From positions 37,882,001 to 37,946,000 of the forward strand of contig NC_043002.1 in the NCBI RefSeq assembly GCF_006345805.1: 64,000 nucleotides of DNA, read 5' to 3'. A program made the position numbers and the translations under genes. This document shows positions 53,772 through 64,000 of the stretch, one piece after another. Source of the DNA: Octopus sinensis. Its lineage: Eukaryota. Each line of letters begins with the position of its first letter. The stretch's first letter is position 1. The notes under the pieces were generated by a model. The model saw nothing but the letters and a program-made list of their open reading frames with translations. It had not been told where the DNA came from and made no database searches.

Positions 53772-54891
53772 CTAAAATCAAAGGAAAATTACTAAAAGAA
53801 AGAATTTGGAAAAAAAAAACATCTGGTCATAAGATTTCTGACCAAATGTTAAGTATTCAAATGGCAACTCCTTTAACACCCCACCACCTGCAAATTCCAC
53901 CTCAATCAAGTATCTTGCGTTGACTATTCACTACTCACTACTTTCTTTCAGCTATCATTCATCAACAGTCTTTCACTCCCACACTGATTAACAAACCCCA
54001 ATCCTACCACAAACACACCCAGATCCCATCTATAGAAACACAAAGCCCCAAATCCTCAGGTCTGTTTCACAACTAATGCGAGAAAGTCTTCCCAAAAAGT
54101 TAGCAAGGAATTTAATTTCATATATATTTAATAAATTTCATTTATTTAATTTCATGCGCCGGAGTGCCTATGTGGTAAGTAGCTTTCTTACCAGCAGATG
54201 GTTCCGGGTTCAGTCCTACTGCGTGATAACTTGGGCATGTTTCTTCTACTATAACCTCGGGCCTACCAAAGCCTTGTGAGTGGACTGGGTAGACGGAAAC
54301 TGAAAGAATCCCGTCGTATATATATATATTATATATATATATATATATACACCTAAAATCAAAGGAAAATTACTAAAAGAAAGAATTTGGAAAAAAAAAA
54401 CATCTGGTCATAAGATTTCTGACCAAATGTTAAGTATTCAAATGGCAACTCCTTTAACACCCCACCACCTGCAAATTCCACCTCAATCAAGTATCTTGCG
54501 TTGACTATTCACTACTTTCTTTCAGCTATCATTCATCAACAGTCTTTCACTCCCACACTGATTAACAAACCCCAATCCTACCACAAACACACCCAGATCC
54601 CATCTATAGAAACACAAAGCCCCAAATCCTCAGGTCTGTTTCACAACTAATGCGAGAAAGTCTTCCCAAAAAGTTAGCAAGGAATTTAATTTCATATATA
54701 ATTTAATAAATTTCATTTATTTAATTTCATGCGCCGGAGTGCCTATGTGGTAAGTAGCTTTCTTACCAAGCAGATGGTTCCGGGTTCAGTCCTACTGCGT
54801 GATAACTTGGGCATGTTTCTTCTACTATAACCTCGGGCCTACCAAAGCCTTGTGAGTGGACTGGGTAGACGGAAACTGAAAGAATCCCGTC

Positions 54892-54900
<9 letters not shown>
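53771..54900 (+). repeat. Direct tandem duplication (~575-581 bp) including a SINE A head, bounded by (TA)n
   Basis: 53771-54345 is near-identical to 54352-54900, apart from a 7-bp indel and 1-bp indels. Confidence 0.95.
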
Positions 54901-54949
<49 letters not shown>

Positions 54950-55110
54950 ATATGTATATGTTTGTGTGTCTTTGTTTGTCCACGAACCATCGCTTGAGAC
55001 CGATTGAATAAGTACTAGGCTTACAAACAATAAATCTTGCGGTCGACTTGTTGGACTAAAGGCAATACTCCAGCATGGTTACATTCAAATCAATGAGAAA
55101 GAATAAAAGA
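54731..55110 (+). mobile_element. SINE family A (its 5' half is duplicated at 54156-54320)
   Basis: Head and tail motifs. Confidence 0.88.
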
Positions 55111-55549
55111 ATAAATGAACAGAAAGATATGTGTGTGTTCTAATTCACTTGAATAGTCTTTCTAAATTCACCGTGTAATTATTGGAATAATCGCAAATGT
55201 GTTCGTTGACAAATTTGAGATTTTGGATAGGAATTCCTAAAAATCCGTGATAGCTTCTTTTCTTTTTCGTTTTCTCAGAGCTTATCTTCGCCTTACCAAT
55301 CTTGTGACATTGTATGATATTATTGAGATGGTGTTGGTCATGCAGAAGCAATGCCGATTGACGAGGATTTGTAGAAATAGTTCTTACAAAAAAAAAAAGA
55401 AATATAGAGATAAGTAAAAAGAAAAAGAAAGCAAAGGGCTATCCGTTCGTTATTGTGTCGAATACCGATGGTTCTCTCCTACTGCTGCAGTTGACGATAA
55501 CGATGGAATAATGGGAGAAAGCGTCAACTTGTTTGAAATTAATGATTTT

Positions 55550-55830
55550 AAATATGATGATGATAATGACGATGATGATGATGGTGGTGGTGGTGGTGGT
55601 GGTGATGATGGTGGTAGTGGTGTTGGCAGCGGCGGTGGTAATGGTGGTAACGATGATGATGACGACGACGATGACGACGCTGCTGCTGTTGATGATGACG
55701 ATGACAGCGATGACTACAACGATGATAATAATTATGATGATAATTGTGGTAGTGGTGCCGGTGAGGAATAGTTGTAAGGGAAATAAGAGGTGAGTGATGA
55801 TATCGATGTTGTCGATTATGATGATGATGG
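55550..55830. repeat. (GAT)n/(GGT)n compound trinucleotide tract
   Basis: Direct reading; explains the poly-D/G/H ORFs. Confidence 0.9.
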
Positions 55831-58067
55831 TGGAATGGTCTTGTATCACCGAATAATTTAGTATTAATATTGGAAATAGCAAATTTCACTATATATATAA
55901 AAAAAAAATAGATTCAAACTTTTATCGAACTACTGAAATTCAAATTTGTATCCGGCAAAACAGTAGCCAAGAATAATTCGAAGTAAATGTATAGCTGGAG
56001 TCATATTTCCGCGGAATCAACGCACTGAATAAATTAACGTTATATTTAGGGAAATTGTATTGTTCAAGTTCAGACCCGAAAGTTGCAAGAAGTTAGAAGA
56101 ACGTGTCAATTAGTATAACTCTAGAATAATATCTTATCAAGTGGAAAACGATAGCCGGCGGAAATATCATCCCAGGCATCATGTAATAGGTTGATGGCAT
56201 TGCCATGGATTTATTGGAGTATGAATACAGCTACTTTTTCTCACGTTCTTCGGCATTGAATGTTTCATCACGTTTTCGTCGCTGTTCTCGTCTTCATTCT
56301 CATTTCAATTCTCGACCTTGTTTTTAAATCCCCATATTTGGCACGCCAACTCTGCTCAGTTCAAAAATCAAACAACCTGTATGTAGTGTGCACCACGTAT
56401 TGATATTAAAGTTATCGATAACTGCGTAACACGAATTTTGTCCTTGGGTAGCAACTGTCATTTCCTATAGTTATATTGTTAACAGTTGGGTAGCAACTGT
56501 TATACCCCTAGAGAGTATGAAAAATGGCTAGTATTTCATTCAAACATTACCTTTATTCAAACCTCAAAGAATCCTTTTCAACACATGGTTATGATGCTTC
56601 CTCACTACTCCTGCACATGATCAGAAATGCACATATTGTCAGCCACTAAAATACATACTCAAGTGCTTAACGTCAAGCAACTGACTAGTGAATCTGTGGT
56701 ACTGAGTAGAATATTTGCTATAACTATATTTCTGCTTCGGCAACTCAGTGCTGAATCTGTCTGAAATGTAATGGAAAATAGGTCAGTTTCAAAACATTGA
56801 TGTCCAGATCACAAGCAAAGTATCAAGGGAATAGTAGTCATTTCCTTTGATTTCTAGGAAGAAGTAAATAGGAAGTAACACTTATTGGCCGAAGACAAAA
56901 TGGGTAAAATAAAATAAAAATTTGGTTACACTGTGTAATGGCTTATATGTAGATATTAGTTGTCTACATCAGTATTTAACTCAACAATAAAGTGGTCCAT
57001 AGGTACTAGGGACAGATCATAAACCGTTACAATAATATCCTTTTTGCTTAGCGGTTTCGAGCATTTGTATAGACAGAAGTATGGGACAAATTGAAACGGT
57101 ATATACACACATTGTTTATATATCCTCTATTTAACAGAAGAAAATCCGAGTAATTGTTTCAGTGAGATTTACATTCTTCCTTTATGTAGCTAGGCAATTG
57201 AAATGAAGAAGGAAACATTGATATCATTATTGAAGTTCGAATGTTTCCTTTTAAATGCAATAAACGATACTGTCGATCTCAATATATCATGTGCCGTTCA
57301 TTTTTATCATCAGACCCCAGTCTCTTGCACAAATGAATAGAATGTATTATGATCGCATAGTGATCGTTAAGAAGTAGCTGTTGTCTTGTGACAGAAAAGA
57401 CAGCGATTAGCATATTTCGAATCTTCTAGAACTAATTAAGGCCAAAAATGCCACTCATCGTTTTGATTTTCATCGTTTAGCATGCAGATAAAGATTTGTT
57501 TTCAGATGGTATATCAGCGCGGATTAGCCAACAGTTTGTCCACTGAAACTATAAAGTAGGCCATTGGATTTTGTTAGATCCACCGGTGCGGGTACTTTTA
57601 GCTGGAGAGATACAACATGTCGCCACCTCGTTGTCCTAGAATCTCTTCTACTAGTGAACCAAATGTTTTATGATCACATAGTCGTGATAAAGGTGAAGCC
57701 GTTTTGTTGTGACGAACTCAAGAACGATTGACATAATTGCATTCGCTTCTGTCGGAACGTATTAAGAATAAATATGCAAGCCATCGTTTTGATTCACGCT
57801 GTTCACTGTGCAAATAGTGATTTATAATGAGTAAATTAATGTTAATGAAGCCAAATGAAAATTATTCAAACGTCAGCGTCCGAAAATAATTGAATGATGA
57901 CAGGCTGAATTAAAATACCATTTACGTAGGCCATCATTACCTTACTATAGATATATGTTCTGTTTCTTCTCCTTCCACTTTCTCTCCTTCTCTATCTCTC
58001 ACCTCCTCTTTTCTCCGTTTCTCTCATTCTCTCTTTATACATGCATACATACAGACATACATACATA

Positions 58068-58199
58068 TCTGTAAATGTAATATGTGACAATTATTCGGTA
58101 GCCATGATAAAACTTTGAGTTTCGGATGCCGAGGTGGGAATGTAAAACTCGGAGTTTGATCATGGCTACCGAATAATTGTCACATATTAGATTTACAGA
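58068..58199. mobile_element. Small MITE with ~55-bp TIRs and TA flanks
   Basis: TCTGTAAATGTAATATGTGACAATTATTCGGTAGCCATGAT and its reverse complement, with TA on both sides. Confidence 0.88.
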
Positions 58200-59039
58200 T
58201 AAATTCCTCTATTTACATAATATCGAGGTCTCTTTCATTCTTTTTTTGTCTTCCTATTTTTCTCAATACACACATACATACATACATACATACATATATA
58301 CACACACACACACACACCATATATATATATGTATGTATGTATGTATATAATAGTTTTAGGTATTACAACGCCATGCTGTGGGTATAATGATAATGTAATT
58401 ACGTCCTTCCTATACAAATGATATGTGGAAAAGAGAGTAGTTTCTGTGGAATTGTCAGAAGTATACAAAGACGTACTTACATCCACATTTCAGTTTGCGC
58501 AATACTCTGTAATATGTAATTCATTCCAGGTCTTCTGATTCACACTCTGTTGTCGAACATAAAATCGATAATGTTTTATTACTGATGTGCAAACAATAGC
58601 ACAAATTTAGAAAGCAGGCTATCCACCACTATGATACCCAAATTTATGACACCTTTTTACATTAGCTGGATGGTCTATATTATTTTTTTGAGTGGGTGGG
58701 GAAAAACTGTGTACTTTACTGAAGAACTTTCAACAAAACAAGGAACCGTCCGTCAAGATGATCTTTTTTCCCGCGATGCAGTAGCGTACAAGGAAGGTAT
58801 TTACTTTCTTGTATCACCAATAGTCAGATTTTAAAATATTTGAATTTATTCCTGTTGACTTAAAGTATGATATGTTTGCATTATACACATAAACACGCTC
58901 ACGCACATAAGCACACAGAGACACTTACAGATATCACTATATATATACACACTACCAAGTAAGTTAGGGGTTGTGGATCCAACCCTCTAAGGGATAATAG
59001 TTATCCAATATACTGTTGGTATACTATTAATACACATGT

Positions 59040-59715
59040 ATGCTTGTCAAGACCCCTGCTCTTGACAAGCATACACGACGGCGAACATTGCAGACCAAGC
59101 TTTCCCCATTCACTACACCAGCCATGCGCTTTCGCGTAGCACGCTAAAGTTCTTCATGCTGAATACGTGCTCTCTCAAAGGTGACGAACCCCTACTCAAC
59201 CTGCCTCCTCCATCTGCGACGATGACAGGCATTACTCTACCATTCAGTCTCCTGCATATCACAGGTCTTTAATGAGGACTTAACACAGTCCTTAAATCGC
59301 AGTCTTGGTTTCTGCCGGGGTCTCTTTTCATTCACAAGTTCTTCATATAGCATGTGCTTAGGGATCCTGCTATCCTTCATTCTAATAAGGTGTCCAGTCC
59401 AACGTAATCGGTGCTTGTGCAGCATCACCTCAATACTCAAGATATCAGGTGTCCTCAGGACATGTGCGTCTGGAATTTTTAAGGTCCAGCCAACATTGAG
59501 AATGTGTCTGAGACATCTCTGATGAAAAGTGTGTAAAGGGTCCATGTCTCACATGAATAGAGGAGCGATATTAGTACACATGAACGGTACACAGCAATTG
59601 TTGTTTGCCTTCTGATGCCATGCAGAGACCATGCACGAAACTGAAGAGACCGGAAGGAATTACTTGCTCTCTGCAGCCTGAAAGATATTTCCTCATGCAG
59701 GGAGTCCATTGCATA
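59040..59715 (-). mobile_element. RTE (BovB-like) LINE 3' fragment
   Basis: VLISLLYSCETWTLY, FHQRCLRHIL, RLRWTGHLIRMKDSRIPKHMLY, RPRQKPRLRFKD. Confidence 0.93.
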
Positions 59716-59771
59716 ATTTTCTGTTTGTCACTTATTTCATTTCCTATATAATTTCATATATAATTTCCTGC

Positions 59772-60152
59772 ACAGGAGTGCCTATGTGGCAAGTAGCTTT
59801 CTTACCAATCACAGTTCTGAGTTCAGTCCCACTGCGTGGCGCCTTGGGCAAGTGTCTTCTACTATAGCCTCGGGCCGATTAAAGCCTTGTGAGTGGATCT
59901 GGTAAACGGAAACTAAAATATGTCCATCGTATATATGTATATGTATGTTTGTGTTTCATTATCCACCAACCATCGCTTGACAACCAATCTTAGTGTGTTT
60001 AAATCCCCGTAACCTAGTGGCTCGGCAAAAGAATTGATAGAATATGTACTAGGATTACAAAGAATAAGCTCTGGGGTCGACTTGTTCGACTAAAGGCGGT
60101 GCTCCAACATGACCGCAGTCAAATGACTGAAACAAATAAAAGAATAAAAGAA
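59772..60152 (+). mobile_element. SINE family A, full length
   Basis: Head and tail motifs. Confidence 0.9.
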
Positions 60153-61067
60153 TATTTACATATGAACTGCAGCAATAAACTACAGAATAACTAAATGAAA
60201 ATTTAAATTTGAAAAAAAAAAATTATATCTTGGCGTCAACTACAAACTAATCATCAGTTTTTAAAAATGGTAAATTTGGAGGGTTAAAAATAAAAATAAA
60301 AATCTCTAAAGATTAGTTTTTCAGTTGCATAGCTGCAAGATTCGTATTTTAGCAGGAACTATCCCCAGCATATATTTACTTGACAATGTAAGATATCGTA
60401 AGCATTGAAAAAGTATAGCGATCAATGTATGGCTTCCGTAAAAATATGAATGGAAGCCAGATTCAGTTTTAAAATGATTGAATATAACCTCATTTTTCAC
60501 TGAACTGAAGGAAAACTGATTTGATAGGAAAAAGCAGTTGAAGAGAGTTGGTCTTTGTTTGCGTCTACAAGACGACAAAATCAGTAGTTAGAGTTGCCGT
60601 GTATATATGCGTACAGGCATGAGGTACTGTATAATTCATATTGTACATTTATGTATGTCGTGTCAAATTAATGTATGTCCTTATAATTGTTCAGGTATAT
60701 TTATCTATGTATGTGAAGGGTGTATTTGAAGCGATAGACGTTATGGCGTTTGAATTAAAATGCAAAATACAAGATAACGGCGTAAACCAAACAAACAATA
60801 TTTTTCGTGCATCAAATACAGATTTATTCGTGTTTGTGTCTGTGTGTGTGCGTTTGAGTGCATGTGTGCATGTGTGTATGTATATATATATATATATATA
60901 TTTTAATAATAATATAATAATAATAATAATATAATAATAATAATAATAATAATAATATAATAATAATAATATACATAATAATAATGATAATATATATTAA
61001 TATATTTTATAAGTTTAAAACTTTTAAGCGACGACCATGTATTGCTTTCAGCTTATAAAAATATTAT

Positions 61068-61530
61068 TATTATTATTATTGAGTAAGAGAGCAGTGCATG
61101 GCATCAAAGTGACACTCGGGTAAAATATACAAAGCCCATCGTGACTACCTGTCTGATAAGGGCACACCAGGCACATGCATCACAACCATATGTGCGCGAC
61201 ATGGTGATCTCATATCAAGATTTACAGCGCATGACCTTACAGGTGGGGCCCAATTAGAATTGTCTTCAGGTCGAGAAGCCCATCCCTCTCAAAAGGTCCC
61301 TGAATAAGGATTGTTTAAGGATGTTGAACGAAACACCCATGTTTCCGAAGGTGAATTATCCAATCCTCAAAGAATTCCTCTCAACACATGGCTATGATGC
61401 TCACCCACTACTTCTGCTTGTGATCAGAGATGCACGTATCGTCAGCCGTTAACGGACATGCTCAAGTGGTTAATGTCAAACAACTGACAAGTAAATCTGT
61501 GATATTGAGCAGAATATTTGCTGTTAGCCC
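61068..61530 (-). mobile_element. Dispersed retroelement 3' end with (TAA)n tail; second partial copy at 56545-56725
   Basis: 61355-61525 aligns with 56545-56725. A (TTA)n run at the left end would be the 3' tail. Confidence 0.65.
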
Positions 61531-62384
61531 ATATTTAATACCAAGACAAAACAATGTACATGATGACACCTCCAATCTTTCTTTTGGAACTTATGATATT
61601 TGGAACTTAGATTCAATGCACAAGAGCGGGTATAATGCAATGTGTTTGGTTTGAATTTTCCCAGATAAGTGACTGGTTATTCAAAGACATTTATAAATTG
61701 TAAATTTTATTCTGTCCACTTCGGTATAGTGGTCACTTGCAAACTCCAGAGATGACACTTTCATTTCCCCTTAGCTCTCACGTCACACAGTTGTTAATGT
61801 TTATTTGAGTTGGGTCACGGTTTTCCAATTGCTAGAGATCCGTAATGCATCTTACGGTTGTGCCTGTCACCTGTATGTTGAGGAATCCTACATTGGGGAG
61901 CGGTAACGAATAGGGTAGGGTAGCTGACTGCTTATTGCCATCATTCGTCTTTTGGTTTCCTGTAGCTTTGCTCTCTTTTACAAACCAAGTGAACATACAA
62001 ATATTTCCTATTTCAAAGAAACTCGAACAATAAATATGACGCAAGTTAATTAGATTCTCAACAATTCAACTTTTCTGGTTGATATTAAGACTCCAACATT
62101 TTAGAGCTTCATGACCTCCATTTTTTAGGTGCAAAATCCTTTTAACAGGTTCAATAAGACGGGAATTTTGGAATCTGCGCTTAAAGATCAGTAGTATGGG
62201 ATACACGTGTCATGATTAGAATTTTTTAGGGTGTGTAAAGAGGGAAAGAACCCCCATCTGCAATTTTGAGGAAATTCGAATCATAGGTATTCCATTTCAT
62301 TGGAGAAAATATAACAGAAAAGTCTAATTCTTCAATTCCATGTAAAACGGGCAACGACAGGTATCTCTGTTAGCATATATACAT

Positions 62385-62557
<173 letters not shown>

Positions 62558-64000
62558 ATATATAAACGTACATGTTTAAATACATACATTCACATGCATG
62601 TACGTATGAAAATTATAAGTATGACGAAACCGGTTTGCTGCTGGAAAATATATCAGGGAAATGAAACCAATGTGCACCTGTTTAAACAAAAGTTTAAGCA
62701 AGAATTTCACATTTACTACGCCGAAGTGCTACGATGATTCTATGTAGTTTGCGGTCTTTTTCGTTTTCAACAAGAAAATACTAAGCCACACGTACGTACA
62801 TACATAAATACATACATACACACATACATACATACATACATACATACATACATACATACATACATGCATGCGTGCATGCACAAATACATGCATATACATA
62901 TACATATATATATATACACACTCACACACACACACACACACAGATATACGTACGTGTATGCATTAGCACACACACACGTGTGTGTGTGTGTGTGTTTGTG
63001 TAACTGATAAGCACGAGTAAGTTTGGTTTAGTGTCATGTACTCTGCTTTCACAAATGTAAAAACCCTCTCGCAGGGAATAGATATGGGAAGCATCAATAA
63101 GAACATGGTACCGCCATTCCAATGAGTAGACAGTCACATATTTCAGGTTGCTGCTGCATTTCTCTTAGCTGCAATAGTTGTGCTTTACTATATATATATA
63201 TATATATATATATACAGTCACATACACACACACATATATATATTTGTATATTATGTGTGTGGTTTTATGTTTGTGTATGTGTGTATTTGTGTGCCTGTGT
63301 GTATGTGAGTATGTGTGTGTGTGTATATTCCTGTATGCCTTATTACTAATACTCCATAATAAATACATAAAGATCTTAAGCACTAAACTCAGCTACTAAA
63401 CATTACTACATAGTCATTTGACGCGTTTATCCTGGAGAAGTCTACCTTTAATAAAGCAATAATAACAGAAGGATTTAACCGGATAATTTACTATATAGAG
63501 GTCACCCCAACTATAGCCATATAAAATCCATGTAGTTCACCTCTATACTGCCTGAATGTTTTCATAAACATGTCTAAAGATTTTGTAAAATTGACAGATG
63601 GTCAGTTTTCAACTTAACGTAAGTACAATAAGTTTTTAAAGGTTAAACGGAGAATTATCTACAACTGCGTACCTAACATAGTAACACAAATTTTGAAGCA
63701 CAGTAACGATGGTTAAGAAAGTGAGCAATCTCAACACTTTTGTACAAGCAGAAACATTATTAAACTGACTTTTGTATAACAGAATGCTCTGGTTAAGCGT
63801 ATTCAACATATTGCCTTCTTCACAAACGCAGAGAAAAAAAAACAAAAAAAAAATTCAATTGCACAGTCGAAAGCTGTCTGGAACCTGAAAGATCGTAGTG
63901 TGAGGAATACGTTTTTTACATGAATTATTGTAGACAAAGTTATAGAGTGCAATTGATAGGGTTTACATATGTTATGCGAGTGTGATGGAGAAAATGAAAA

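Noticed and set aside
55439-55889. Poly-D/G, poly-H and poly-I/T ORFs
   Set aside because: Translations of trinucleotide microsatellite.
63597-63623. Possible 21-nt microexon (ag|atggtc...aac|gtaagt)
   Set aside because: Weak acceptor; such matches are expected by chance without RNA evidence.

Overview
This window is AT-rich, microsatellite-dense, non-coding eukaryotic DNA. Its SINE, RTE, Penelope and mariner content looks like coleoid cephalopod (Octopus-like) intronic or intergenic sequence; the taxon is an inference from repeat style. No host protein-coding exon could be supported. Nearly all ORF-track entries are translated microsatellites or decayed transposon fragments: Penelope-like (PLE), RTE, R4/Dong-like and CR1/L2-like LINEs, mariner, and a DD41D element. 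The standout is a non-coding ~606-bp unit at 41041-45127, present as ~5.9 near-identical tandem copies plus an inverted ~0.9 copy, with both outer ends in (TA)n tracts. Every unit carries a complete type I hammerhead ribozyme fold: CUGAAGA core, very long stem II, self-complementary ACGUACGU stem III and a GUC cleavage site. The array ends do not match the cleavage site, which is what reverse transcription around a circular RNA (retrozyme-like) would produce. Hammerheads of the same architecture but different sequence occur at 13855, 2434/3595, 21488 and 51654. Two of these sit in the same divergent, palindromic arrangement. Several minimal PLE-type hammerheads with variant cores are also present. 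Ribozyme activity and circular RNA are predictions from hand folding, not tested.
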